Assembly (NCBI RefSeq): GCF_947632095.1
Contig: NZ_CANROA010000003.1
Location: 11,340 to 75,339 of the forward strand
Direction: 5' to 3'
DNA: 64,000 bases
Source: an uncultured Microbacterium sp.
GTDB lineage: Bacteria > Actinomycetota > Actinomycetes > Actinomycetales > Microbacteriaceae
This document shows, one piece after another, positions 29,022 to 39,400 of this stretch. A program made the position numbers and the translations under genes. Numbering within the stretch: position 1 is the first letter of the stretch; each line of letters opens with the position of its first letter. The notes below the pieces were generated by a model. The model did no database searches and had not been told where the DNA came from. It was given only the letters and a program-made list of their open reading frames with translations.

Positions 29022-30044
29022 ATGCACAAGCTCGTCCCCGGCGACCGCGTCGCCGTGCTCTCTCCCGCCTTCGCCGCACCCGCCGTGGCGCCCGAACTGC
29101 ATGAACAGGCGCTGCGGCGCTTCGAGGATCTCACCGGGCTCGTGCCCGTCGAGTTCCCGACGACGCGTCAGCTCGGCGCGAGCGCCGAAGCCCGTGCGGC
29201 CGACGTCAATGCGGCGTTCGCCGATCCGAGCATCCGGGCGATCATGGCGACGATCGGCGGCGACGACCAGATCACGCTCGTGCCCCACCTGGATGCTGCC
29301 ACTGCGCAGGCCGACCCGAAGCCATTCATCGGCTACAGCGACAATACGAACATCCTGAACTGGATGTGGGGTTTGGGCATCGCGGGATACTACGGCGGGT
29401 CCACGGCCGTGCACCTCGGCCCCGGCCCCGCGATCGACGAGATCCACGCGCGCTCGCTGCGTGCCGCGCTCATCGACGGCGGCGAGATCGAGCTCACCGA
29501 GCCGGGGGAGTCGGAGGACGTGGGGAAGCGATGGGAAGACCGCCGAGCCCTGAGCGAGTACGGCGACCGCATCCCGACACCGGAGTGGATCTGGGCGGGC
29601 CCCGCGCGGCGCGTGGAGGGCCGCACCTGGGGCGGCTGCCTCGAGTCGATCGACGCCCTGGCGCTGTCGGGGCGGATGCCATCGCCGGCCGACCTCGATG
29701 GAGCGGTCCTGCTGCTCGAGACGAGCGAGGGGCGTCCGCCCGCGACCTGGGCGAAACGGTGGGTGCGCGCGCTGGGCGAGGGCGGGATTCTGGCATCCGT
29801 CACGGGTGTCGTCGTCGCCCGCCCGCCGGTGAGTGACTTCGAGTTCCACCCGTCGGCGGAGGAGGCGGATGCCCTGCGCGCAGCGCAGGCCGACGCCATC
29901 GTCGAGCAGATCACCCGTTACAACCCGGATGCCGTGGTCTGCGTCGGCGTGCCGTTCGGGCACACGCGTCCGCAGTGGATCGTGCCCTACGGCGGGCGGA
30001 TGACGCTCGACGGCGCCGAGCGGCGTGTGTTCGCGACGTACTGA
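29022..30044 (+). CDS. S66 family peptidase (LD-carboxypeptidase / MccF-like)
   Basis: IGGDDQ, IGYSDNT (Ser), LLLETSE (Glu), PFGHTRPQ (His) triad. Confidence 0.9.
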   Translation: MHKLVPGDRVAVLSPAFAAPAVAPELHEQALRRFEDLTGLVPVEFPTTRQLGASAEARAADVNAAFADPSIRAIMATIGGDDQITLVPHLDAATAQADPKPFIGYSDNTNILNWMWGLGIAGYYGGSTAVHLGPGPAIDEIHARSLRAALIDGGEIELTEPGESEDVGKRWEDRRALSEYGDRIPTPEWIWAGPARRVEGRTWGGCLESIDALALSGRMPSPADLDGAVLLLETSEGRPPATWAKRWVRALGEGGILASVTGVVVARPPVSDFEFHPSAEEADALRAAQADAIVEQITRYNPDAVVCVGVPFGHTRPQWIVPYGGRMTLDGAERRVFATY

Positions 30045-30046
30045 CG

Positions 30047-30096
30047 CGCAGAAAGAGGGGGCACGGACCGAACGGTCCGTGCCCCCTCTTTCTGCG
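30047..30096. terminator. Bidirectional terminator
   Basis: 24-bp perfect stem CGCAGAAAGAGGGGGCACGGACCG / CGGTCCGTGCCCCCTCTTTCTGCG. Confidence 0.85.
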
Positions 30097-30104
30097 AGCG
30101 GCGA

Positions 30105-31532
30105 TCAGCGCGAGGCGGAGACTCCGAGGTCGTCCTCGTAGTCGATGTCCTTCGTCTCTGGCGAGAGGAAGAGCGAGACGAGCGTGAGAACGCCCATCGC
30201 CGAGAGGTAGACGCCGACGAGCCAGGGCTCGCCGCCCATGGCCTGCCAGAGCTTCAGCGCGATGAGCGGGGCGATCGCCGCGCCGAGGATCGACGAGACG
30301 TTGTAGGCGATCGCGGAACCGGAGTAGCGCACGTTCGTCGGGAACAGCTCGGGCAGGATCGCGCCCATGGGGCCGAAGGTGAGCCCCATGAGGGTGAAGC
30401 CGAAGATGAGGAACGCCATCGTCAGCGCGCCCGTGAACTTGGCGTCGGCCTGCGGCAGCAGGAACACGTTGAACAGCAGGCCGAACACGATGATCGCGGC
30501 GGTCACCCAGATGAGGAGCTTGCGACGTCCGACCGCGTCGGCGATGGGACCGGAGAGCAGGGTGAAGATGCCGAAGAACACGACGCCGATGATCTGCATG
30601 AGCACGAAGTCGGTGTAACCGAATCCGAGTCCCGGGTAGAAAGCCGCCGCATCGAAGGCGTTGCCGGCGGCCTCGGCGGATGCCCGTGCCACCTCGATGT
30701 CGTCGGTCTTCGTTCCGTAGGTCAGGGTGAAGTTCGTCATCAGGTAGAACAGCACGTACGTGGCCAGCATGATGAAGGTGCCGAGGATGAGCTGCTTCCA
30801 GTGGTGGCGGAACACCGTGACGAGCGGCATCTTGCGGATGACGCCCTTCTTCTCGGCCTTCTTGAAGGTGTCGGACTCGACGAGCTTGAGACGCACCCAC
30901 AGGCCGACGATGACCATGACGGCGGAGAACAGGAACGGAATGCGCCAGCCCCAGGAGAGGAAGGCCTCCGACTGCTGGGCAGCCGTCTCGTGCGGCAGTG
31001 ACCAGTTGATGACCAGGAACAGCAGGTTCGCGATGATGAAGCCGATCGGAGCGCCCAGCTGGGGGAACGATCCGTACCAGGCGCGCTTGCCCTTCGGTGC
31101 GTTCTCGGTGGCGACCAGAGCTGCCCCCGACCATTCGCCGCCGAGGGCGAAGCCCTGTGCGAGACGCAGCACGAGCAGCAGCAGCGGGGCGACCCAGCCG
31201 ATCGTCTGATAGGTGGGGAGCAGACCGATGAGGAATGTCGCGATTCCCATGGTGAGCAGGGAGGCCACGAGAGTGGCCTTGCGGCCGAACTTATCGCCGA
31301 AGTGCCCGAAGACCGCTGCGCCGATGGGGCGGGCGACCATGGCCGCGCCGAACACGGCGAACGAGCTCAGCAGGGCTGCGGTCGGGTCGGCGCTCGGGAA
31401 GAAGAGCGCCGGGAAGACGAGGACAGCAGCGGTCGCGTAGGCGTAGAAGTCGTAGAACTCGATCGTGGTGCCGACCAGACTCGCGAGAATGACGCGCGAG
31501 CGGGAGTTGGCGGGTTTCGTGGCAGTGCTCAT
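30105..31532 (-). CDS. MFS transporter, metabolite:H+ symporter family
   Basis: GTTIEFYDFYAY, GHFGDKFGRK, QGFALGGEWSGA, ELFPTNVRYSG. Confidence 0.92.
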   Translation of the reverse strand: MSTATKPANSRSRVILASLVGTTIEFYDFYAYATAAVLVFPALFFPSADPTAALLSSFAVFGAAMVARPIGAAVFGHFGDKFGRKATLVASLLTMGIATFLIGLLPTYQTIGWVAPLLLLVLRLAQGFALGGEWSGAALVATENAPKGKRAWYGSFPQLGAPIGFIIANLLFLVINWSLPHETAAQQSEAFLSWGWRIPFLFSAVMVIVGLWVRLKLVESDTFKKAEKKGVIRKMPLVTVFRHHWKQLILGTFIMLATYVLFYLMTNFTLTYGTKTDDIEVARASAEAAGNAFDAAAFYPGLGFGYTDFVLMQIIGVVFFGIFTLLSGPIADAVGRRKLLIWVTAAIIVFGLLFNVFLLPQADAKFTGALTMAFLIFGFTLMGLTFGPMGAILPELFPTNVRYSGSAIAYNVSSILGAAIAPLIALKLWQAMGGEPWLVGVYLSAMGVLTLVSLFLSPETKDIDYEDDLGVSASR

Positions 31533-31617
31533 CCGGCGAGTGTACGCCCGCCTGAGCGTTGGCTGGGAATCAGATAACGCCGGATGACGGATCGGCTGAT
31601 GCCCGCCAGTGGCGGGA

Positions 31618-31980
31618 TCAGCGCCAGAGGACGGCGATCGCGGCGTTCGCGAGCGTCAGGATGCCGACGAGCCAGAACAGCGCCGGCGAGAGGGAGCCGG
31701 TCTTGCGCTGCTTGGAGGTGCCGATGCCCAGCAGCGCGCCGATCGCGAGCAGCACGACCAGCTTCACGCCGATCTTCATGTGGAGGTTCAGGTCGGGGCC
31801 TGCCGCCATGCCCCAGGGGGCGGCGAGGGCGAGACCGGCGACCGCCGCGATGACCATGCCGTAGGTCATCAGACGCGTGAATTCGCGCTTGCCGCCGAAG
31901 GCCTGCACCGCCCACGCCCCGAAGAGCACGGCGAAGCCGATGAGGTGGACGAAAACGACGACGTGGCGCAGGGTCTCCAT
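31618..31980 (-). CDS. Small four-helix membrane protein of unknown function
   Basis: 120 aa, four hydrophobic segments, coding-like codon bias, downstream of rib operon. Confidence 0.7.
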   Translation of the reverse strand: METLRHVVVFVHLIGFAVLFGAWAVQAFGGKREFTRLMTYGMVIAAVAGLALAAPWGMAAGPDLNLHMKIGVKLVVLLAIGALLGIGTSKQRKTGSLSPALFWLVGILTLANAAIAVLWR

Positions 31981-32027
31981 GCACTCAATCTAGGCAGGAC
32001 CAGCATTTTTCGCCAGGAAGGCGACCC

Positions 32028-32504
32028 TCAGCCGCGTAGGGCCTTGACCACCAGAGCCGTGCGCAGCGCAGCATCCGCCGCCTCCGCACCCTTGTCCTCC
32101 TTCGAGCCCTCGAGGCCGGCACGGTCGAGGCCCTGCTGCTCGTCGTCGAGGGTCAGCACGCCGAAGCCGACCGGCTTGCCGGCATCGAGGGCGACGCGGG
32201 TGAGCCCATCGGTCGTTGCGGCCGACACGTACTCGAAGTGCGGGGTCCCGCCGCGGATGATGACGCCGAGGGCGACAACGGCATCCGCACCGCCGGCGAA
32301 AGCCGCCTGAGCGGCTACCGCGAGCTCGAACGAACCCGGCACGCGGACGATGTCGTACTCGGCACCGGATTCGCTGAGCACACGCTCGGAGCCGGCGATC
32401 AGCCCGTCGGTGATGACGTCGTGCCAGGTTCCGGCGACGACGACGACCTTCAGGCCTGCGCCGTCGATGGGGCCTGCGGGGGCGGGTGCTCCTGCGCCGC
32501 TCAT
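32028..32504 (-). CDS. ribH: 6,7-dimethyl-8-ribityllumazine synthase
   Basis: GTWHDVI, RVPGSFEL, LGVIIRGGTPHFEYV, KPVGFGVLT, DKGAEAA. Confidence 0.96.
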   Translation of the reverse strand: MSGAGAPAPAGPIDGAGLKVVVVAGTWHDVITDGLIAGSERVLSESGAEYDIVRVPGSFELAVAAQAAFAGGADAVVALGVIIRGGTPHFEYVSAATTDGLTRVALDAGKPVGFGVLTLDDEQQGLDRAGLEGSKEDKGAEAADAALRTALVVKALRG

Positions 32505-33772
32505 GCGTGATCCTTTCCGTCGGCGAGGGCAGCGGCCAGCTCGGCTTCGCCGATGATGTGGCCCATGCGGTCGCGCTTGGTCTCGAGGTACTGGTGGTTG
32601 TTCGCGCCGACGCCGACGATCAGCGGCACCTGTTCGGTGACGTCGAGGCCGAGCTCGCGCAGCTGCTTGACCTTATCGGTGTTGTTCGTCAGCAGGCGGA
32701 CCTTCGAAACGCCGAGGTCCCCCAGGATGCCGGCCGCCGCGGCGTAGTCGCGCGCATCGGCGGGAAGGCCCAGGGCGAGGTTCGCGTCGAGGGTGTCGAG
32801 GCCCTCCTCCTGCAGTGCATAGGCGCGGAGCTTGTTGATGAGCCCGATTCCTCGGCCCTCGTGGCCGCGCATGTAGATGACGATCCCGCCGTCGGCGTCG
32901 ATGGCCTGCAGCGCCGCATCCAGCTGAGGACCGCACTCGCACTTCTGCGAGCCGAAGGCCTCACCCGTCAGGCACTCCGAGTGCACGCGCACGAGAGCCG
33001 TGTCGGTGATCTCGCCCGAGACGACCGCGATGTGATCGGTGCCGGTCACGCGGTCCTTGTACGCCAGGAAGCGGAACGTCCCGTGGTCGGTGGGCACGTT
33101 CGCCTCGGCGCGCAGGCTCACGCGGCGGCGGCCCGGGCGATCCGCGGGAGCGGCTCCGTCAGGATCGACGTCGTTCAGGTGCGTGATCAGCTGCTCGATC
33201 GTGATGACGGGCACGCCGTCGCGGGCGCCGAGCTCGAGGAGGCCGGGCATGCGCATCATGCTGCCGTCCTCGGCGACGACCTCGGCGATGGCGCCGACCG
33301 GGCGGAGACCGGCGAGCTTCATGAGCTCCACTGCGGCCTCGGTGTGTCCGCTGCGCTCCCGCACACCGCCGTCGACGGCGCGCAGGGGGAGGACATGGCC
33401 GGGACGGATCAGGTTCGAGGGGGTGGATGACGGATCGGCGAGCACGTTCAGGGTGCGGGCGCGATCCGCGGCGCTGATGCCGGTGGTGACTCCCTCAGCG
33501 GCGTCGACGCTGATCGTGTACGCCGTGGAACGGGCATCCTCGTTCGCCTCGACCATGGGCGGCAGGTTCAGGCTGTCGGCGAGGTCGGCGGGCATCGGCG
33601 CGCAGATGAAACCGGAGGACCATCGGACCGTCCAGGCCACCCACTCCGGGGTGGCGAGCTCGGCGGAGAGGATGACATCGCCCTCGTTCTCGCGGTTCTC
33701 ATCGTCGGCCACGAGCACCGGGCGACCGGCGCGCAGGGACTCGAGGGCTTCTTCGATGGTGGCAAGGCTCAT
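32501..33772 (-). CDS. ribBA: Bifunctional DHBP synthase / GTP cyclohydrolase II
   Basis: DDENRENEGD, RPGHVLPL, GHTEAA; RVHSECLTGEAFGSQKCECG, GHEGRGIGL, LLTNN; start MSLATIEE. Confidence 0.95.
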   Translation of the reverse strand: MSLATIEEALESLRAGRPVLVADDENRENEGDVILSAELATPEWVAWTVRWSSGFICAPMPADLADSLNLPPMVEANEDARSTAYTISVDAAEGVTTGISAADRARTLNVLADPSSTPSNLIRPGHVLPLRAVDGGVRERSGHTEAAVELMKLAGLRPVGAIAEVVAEDGSMMRMPGLLELGARDGVPVITIEQLITHLNDVDPDGAAPADRPGRRRVSLRAEANVPTDHGTFRFLAYKDRVTGTDHIAVVSGEITDTALVRVHSECLTGEAFGSQKCECGPQLDAALQAIDADGGIVIYMRGHEGRGIGLINKLRAYALQEEGLDTLDANLALGLPADARDYAAAAGILGDLGVSKVRLLTNNTDKVKQLRELGLDVTEQVPLIVGVGANNHQYLETKRDRMGHIIGEAELAAALADGKDHA

Positions 33773-34398
33773 CGCGAGCCTCCTTCCGGTGCAGCCCGGA
33801 ACGCCAGCAGGCGTTCGACGTGACGGGCAAGAATATCGGTTTCGAGGTTGACGCGGTCGCCGACTCGGCGATGGCCGAGCGTGGTCGCGGACAGGGTCTC
33901 CGGGATGAGCGAGACCTCGAGCCAGTGGATGTCGGAATCGGCAGGGGAGACGGCGCTGACCGTGAGCGATGTGCCGTCGATCGAGATGGAGCCCTTGTCG
34001 ACGACGAGGGGCGCCAGATCTGCGGGGATCGCGATGCGCAGCACGCTCCATTCGGCGCCGGGACGAACCTCGGCGACCTCGCCGATGCCGTCGACGTGGC
34101 CCTGCACGATGTGCCCGCCGAGGCGGGCGCCGACGGGCATCGCCTTCTCGATGTTGACGACCGTGCCCACGGATGCCGCGGGGAGCGCCGACACATCGAG
34201 GGTCTGCTGCATGACATCCGCGTCGAACGTCTCGGCGGTCGAGGCGATGACGGTGAGGCAGACGCCGGAGACGGCGATGGATTCGCCGTGCACCGCATCC
34301 TGAACGGCCTTCGGTGCGCGCACCGTGAGGCGCCAGCCATCGCCGGAGGGAACGATCGCGGTGATCACGCCGATCTCCTCGATGATTCCGGTGAACAT
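33769..34398 (-). CDS. ribE: Riboflavin synthase alpha chain
   Basis: MFTGIIEE N-terminus, SIAVSGVCLT, GGHIVQGHVDG, VNLETD. Confidence 0.96.
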   Translation of the reverse strand: MFTGIIEEIGVITAIVPSGDGWRLTVRAPKAVQDAVHGESIAVSGVCLTVIASTAETFDADVMQQTLDVSALPAASVGTVVNIEKAMPVGARLGGHIVQGHVDGIGEVAEVRPGAEWSVLRIAIPADLAPLVVDKGSISIDGTSLTVSAVSPADSDIHWLEVSLIPETLSATTLGHRRVGDRVNLETDILARHVERLLAFRAAPEGGSR

Positions 34399-35420
34399 CA
34401 GCGAACTCCTTCTGCCGGGTGGGCGATGGCGAGCAGATCGTCGCCGAGCGGAACCCATTCGTCGATCGTCAGTCGACGGGCGGCATCGATCGATGCGACG
34501 CCGATCTCGCCGAGCGCGAGACGCGACCCGCCGAGAAGAACGGGGGCGATGTAGGCGAGCACACTGTCGGCGAGGCCGGCGGCGATGACGGCGCTCGCGA
34601 GAGTCGGACCGCCCTCGATGAAGACTCGCTGGATGCCGCGGCCGCGCAGATCATCCATCACGGCGTGCAGATCATGGGTGTCGAAGAACAGCGGCTCGTG
34701 AGGATGACGGTGCACCGCGGCATCCGGCGGTGTCTCGCGCGACCCGATCACGACGGGTACCGGCTGATCCGGAAAGAGGGCATCGCCATCGCGCGCGGTG
34801 AGCGCGGGGTCATCGGCGAGAAGGGTTCCGGTGCCGATGACGATCGCATCCGCCGCGGCACGGCGGCGGTGCACATCGGCGCGGGCGTCGGGCCCGGTGA
34901 TCCACTGACTCGTGCCGTCATCGGCAGCGGCGCGGCCGTCGAGGCTCTGCGCCCACTTCACGGTGACGTGCGGGCGGCCGAGCCGCTGGACGGCGAGCCA
35001 ATCAGCGATGACGGCGGTCGCGGCATCCGCCTGCTCGCCGGAGACGACCTCGATGCCGGCGCTGCGCAAGCGCTCGGCTCCGCCGCCCGAGGCGGCTCCC
35101 GGGTCGTCGAGGGCGAAGACCACGCGGCTGACGCCGGCGTCGATGAGCGCCAGTGCACAGGGGCCGGTGCGGCCGGTGTGGTTGCACGGCTCGAGCGTCA
35201 CGACGGCCGTCGCTCCGCGCGCGGCGCCCACCGGAAGCTTCGATAGCGCATCGACCTCGGCGTGCGCGGTGCCCGACCCCTGATGCCATCCCTCGGCGAT
35301 CACCTCGCCCGCGGGGGAGAGGATGACCGCGCCCACCTGGGGGTTGAGGCCGCGGGGACCGCGGCGGGCGAGCTCGAGCGCGCGCGTCATCGCGCTGCTT
35401 TCTGCCTCTGTCACTGCCAT
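34398..35420 (-). CDS. ribD: Riboflavin biosynthesis deaminase/reductase
   Basis: NPQVGAV, HAEVDAL, TLEPCNHTGRTGPC, KWAQSLDG, SQWITG, IEGGPTL. Confidence 0.96.
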   Translation of the reverse strand: MAVTEAESSAMTRALELARRGPRGLNPQVGAVILSPAGEVIAEGWHQGSGTAHAEVDALSKLPVGAARGATAVVTLEPCNHTGRTGPCALALIDAGVSRVVFALDDPGAASGGGAERLRSAGIEVVSGEQADAATAVIADWLAVQRLGRPHVTVKWAQSLDGRAAADDGTSQWITGPDARADVHRRRAAADAIVIGTGTLLADDPALTARDGDALFPDQPVPVVIGSRETPPDAAVHRHPHEPLFFDTHDLHAVMDDLRGRGIQRVFIEGGPTLASAVIAAGLADSVLAYIAPVLLGGSRLALGEIGVASIDAARRLTIDEWVPLGDDLLAIAHPAEGVR

Positions 35421-35473
35421 CCGTCGTCCTTCGCTCTGAATCCGGGGTTCGCAGACGGCACGCTCACGCGCAT

Positions 35474-35614
35474 CGTGCTGCCTCCCATCCGGACTAGCGA
35501 GATCGCTCTCGCATCACCGTCGGTCCCGGAATTCCACCGGATCGGCGCCTCGGAATACCGAAGCGCTCGCGGACTGTCACCGCCGGTTCGGATTCCCACC
35601 GACCCCGGAGCACG
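35474..35614 (-). promoter_or_regulatory. FMN riboswitch (RFN element)
   Basis: Minus strand CGTGCTCCGGGGTCGGTGGGAATCCGAACCGGCGGTGACAGTCCGCGAG...CCGGTGGAATTCCGGGACCGACGGT...AGTCCGGATGGGAGGCAGCACG upstream of ribD. Confidence 0.95.
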
Positions 35615-35734
35615 TTGATGCCCAGTGTAGTCAACGCCGTTTCGCGGATTTCATTCCGCGTCATCTCCGCATCCCGGAAAATCGCTGATCAGCGCAGCGA
35701 TGCCCGACGGCCCTGCCCATGCTGCCGCCCGCTC

Positions 35735-36355
35735 TCAGAGCGTGCTGTGCAGCATGCGGACGGCTCCGATGCGCAGGTTCTCGGGTGCGTCCGGGACATC
35801 GCGCAGATGGGCGATCAGAGAATTGCGGAAGAAGCCGTCGAACATCGCATAGGCCTCGGCCGGCCGCACCTGCGGTGTGCTGCCGGACAGCTCGGCGTAG
35901 CGGGCGACGACGCTCCACACCATGTCGGTGAGCAGCCCGTCGATCGCGATGATCGTGTCGCGGAAGCCGTTCTGGAACAGTGCCTGGTTGCGGAGGTCGT
36001 ACCAGAGGCGGTGCTCGGCGCAATCGGCGACCAGCGTGGCGGCGAGCTCGGCGCCGAAGCCCTCCGCGAGCTCCGCGCTCGTGAGCGAGGTCGCGACGAC
36101 GGCATCGTAGCGGTGCGCGCACTCGACCTTCGACTGCCACACGGCCTGGCCGATCAGGTCGTCCTTGTCGTCGAAGTAGTAGTGCAGGATGCCGAGGGAG
36201 AGGCCCGTGTGCGCGGCGATGTCGCGCAGACCGGTGTTCGCGAACCCGCGGTCGGCGATCGTCTCGAGTGCGGCGGCGGCCAGTTCGCGGCGGCGCGCGG
36301 CGACCCGATCCGTGCGCACAGCGCGCGACGGGGCGTTCACGACGGCATCCACCAT
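35735..36355 (-). CDS. TetR family transcriptional regulator
   Basis: ALETIADRGFANTGLRDIAAHTGLSLGILHYYFDDKDDL HTH. Confidence 0.9.
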   Translation of the reverse strand: MVDAVVNAPSRAVRTDRVAARRRELAAAALETIADRGFANTGLRDIAAHTGLSLGILHYYFDDKDDLIGQAVWQSKVECAHRYDAVVATSLTSAELAEGFGAELAATLVADCAEHRLWYDLRNQALFQNGFRDTIIAIDGLLTDMVWSVVARYAELSGSTPQVRPAEAYAMFDGFFRNSLIAHLRDVPDAPENLRIGAVRMLHSTL

Positions 36356-36489
36356 CTGTCCTCCTGGGTATGCCGCCGAGCATACTCCTGGTCTCGACGG
36401 ATTTCGAGGGGTTCTGGTGCAGGCGTCGGGGCGAAGATCGCAGGCGAAGCCCCAGGTTCGACGTCGGGGGTGCGCAGTAGACTCGACGG

Positions 36490-39400
36490 GTGACTGTTCC
36501 CGGGATTCTGCGCGCCTTGGAAGAGGCCACCCTGTACCGCGACGCCCTCACCTGGGCGCACACCGACGCCGATCTCGGACTCGTCGACGGACTCGACGCT
36601 CCGGTGCTCGCGGGGCTGCTCTCCAAGAGGGCGGCGTCCGGGCATCCGGCAGCCCTCCTCGTCATCGCCCCGACCGGTCGCCGGGCCGAATCGTTGGCCG
36701 CGGCGCTGGGGTCGCTCACCCCCGAAGCCGAGATCCTCGACTTCCCCGCCTGGGAGACTCTGCCGCACGAGCGGCTGAGCCCGAGCCCCGACACCGTCGG
36801 GCGCCGCCTCGACACGCTCCGCCGCATCACCACCTGGACCCGGGAACGCCCGCTGATCGTCGTCGCCTCTGTGCGCGCGGCACTGCAGCCGATCGCGGCG
36901 AATCTCGGTGACGCCGCGCCGCTGGCCCTCGCGCACGGCGGCCGCGGACTCGAACTCGACGAGGCTGTCGAGCAGCTCGTCGAACGCGCCTACACCCGCG
37001 TCGACATGGTCTCGCGCCGCGGCGAGTTCGCGGTGCGCGGCGGCATCCTCGATGTCTTCCCGCCCACGAGCGAGCACCCGTTCCGCGTGGAGTTCTTCGG
37101 CGACGAGATCGACCAGATCCGCGCGTTCTCCGTCGCCGACCAGCGCTCCCTCCCCGGCGATGTCGACCGCGTCGAGCTCGCCGCCACCCGAGAGCTGCTG
37201 CTGACCGCCGATGTGCGTGCGAAGGCGGCATCCCTCGTCGCCGGTTTCCCGGCGATCGCCGGGATGCTCGAGAAGATGGCCGAGGGCATCCCCGTCGAGG
37301 GAATGGAATCGCTACTCCCCGCCGTCGCCGGCCCGCTGAAATCGCTCGCCGAGTACCTGCCGGCCGGCAGCGCGGTCGCCGTCGTCGATCCGGAGCGCTC
37401 CAGCGCCCGGGCGCAGAGCCTCGGCGACACGAACCGTGAGTTCCTGGATGCCGCGTGGAGCGCCGCCACCTCCGGAGCATCCGCGCCCATCGACCTCGGC
37501 GCCGGCGACTTCCTGACGATCGCGCGTCTGCGCGAGATCGTGCACGGCCACGACGGCGTGTGGTGGCGCGTGAGCCCGTTCGCCACCGATGACGACGATG
37601 CCGCGAACATCGACGCGTCGATCATCCCCTCCTTCCACGGCAACGTCGACGGCGCCATCGAGTTCGTCAGCGCGCGCTTGGCCGATGCCTGGCGGGTCGT
37701 CGTCGTGGCATCCGGTTCGGGTCTCGTCGACCGGGCGCGCGATGTGCTCTCCGAGCGCGGGCTCGCGGCCCGCGCCGTCGATTCCGTGACGGGTGCTCCG
37801 GATGCCGGGGTCGCGACGCTCGTGCTCGGAACGCTCGAATCGGGCTTCCAGGTGCCGGAGGCGAAGATCGCCGTGCTCACCGACAACGAGTTCTACGGGC
37901 GCACGATCGGCGGCGACCAGCGCGTCGTGAAGAAGCTCGCCTCGCGGCGCAAGAACGTCGTCGACCCGCTGCAGCTCAAGAACGGCGACTACGTCGTGCA
38001 CGCCACGCACGGCATCGCGAAGTTCGTGGAGATGACCCAGCGCGAGGTCTCCACCGGCGGGCGCAACGCCGCGAAATCGACGCGCGACTACCTCGTGCTC
38101 GAATACGCGCCGGCCAAGCGCGGATACCCGGGCGACAAGCTGTACGTGCCCACCGACCAGCTCGACCTGCTGTCGAAGTACGTCGGCGGCGAGGCCCCCG
38201 TGCTGTCGAAGATGGGCGGCAGCGACTGGTCGGCGGCCAAGAACAAGGCGCGCAAGGCGGTGCGCGACATCGCCGTCGAGCTCGTGAAGCTGTATTCGGC
38301 GCGCATGTCGGCCAAGGGCTTCGCGTTCAGCCCCGACACCCCTTGGCAGCGTGAGCTCGAGGAGGCGTTCCCGTTCGCGGAGACGCAGGACCAGCTGCAG
38401 ACGATCGACGAGATCAAGGCCGACATGGAGCGGCCGATTCCCATGGACCGCCTGCTCTCCGGAGACGTCGGCTTCGGCAAGACCGAGGTCGCGGTCCGCG
38501 CCGCGTTCAAGGCGATCCAGGACGGCAAGCAGGTCGCGATGCTCGTGCCGACGACCCTGCTCGTCAAGCAGCACCTCGAGACGTTCACCGAGCGTTTCGC
38601 CGGATTCCCGGTGAAGGTCAGGCCGCTGTCGCGCTTCCAGACCGACAAGGAGGCCCGCCTTGTGCTCGAGGGCCTCGTCGACGGTTCGGTCGACATGGTC
38701 ATCGGCACGCACCGCATCCTCACCGACCAGGTCATCTTCAAGGACCTCGGCCTGATGATCATCGACGAGGAGCAGCGCTTCGGCGTCGAGCACAAGGATG
38801 CGCTGAAGAAGCTGAAGACGAACGTCGACATCCTCGCGATGAGCGCGACGCCGATCCCGCGCACGCTCGAGATGGCCGTCACCGGCATTCGCGAGATGTC
38901 GACCCTTGCGACACCGCCCGAGGACCGGCATCCGATCCTCTCCTTCGTCGGCCCGCGCAGCGACAAGCAGATCGCCGCGGCCATCCGCCGTGAGATCCTC
39001 CGTGAGGGTCAGGTGTTCTTCGTGCACAACCGGGTGCAGTCGATCCAGCGCGTGGCCTCCGAGATCGCCGAGCTCGTGCCGGAGGCGCGCATCGCCGTCG
39101 CGCACGGAAAGATGGGCGAGCACCAGCTCGAGCAGGTCGTCGACGACTTCTGGGAGCGCAAATACGACGTTCTCGTCTCGACCACGATCATCGAGACCGG
39201 CCTCGACATCTCGAACGCCAACACGATCATCATCGACAAGGCCGACAAGTACGGCCTCTCGCAGCTGCACCAGCTGCGCGGACGCGTCGGCCGCGGGCGC
39301 GAGCGGGCCTACGCCTACTTCCTCTACGACGACGCCAAGCCGTTGACCGAGACCGCGGCGGATCGCCTCCAGACGATCGCCGTCAACAATGATCTCGGCT

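Noticed and set aside
30047-30096. Long perfect hairpins here and at 5841-5880, 23390-23425, 57481-57519, 61226-61263 as novel repeats
   Set aside because: No shared sequence among them, and each lies just after a stop codon, mostly between convergent genes; ordinary terminators
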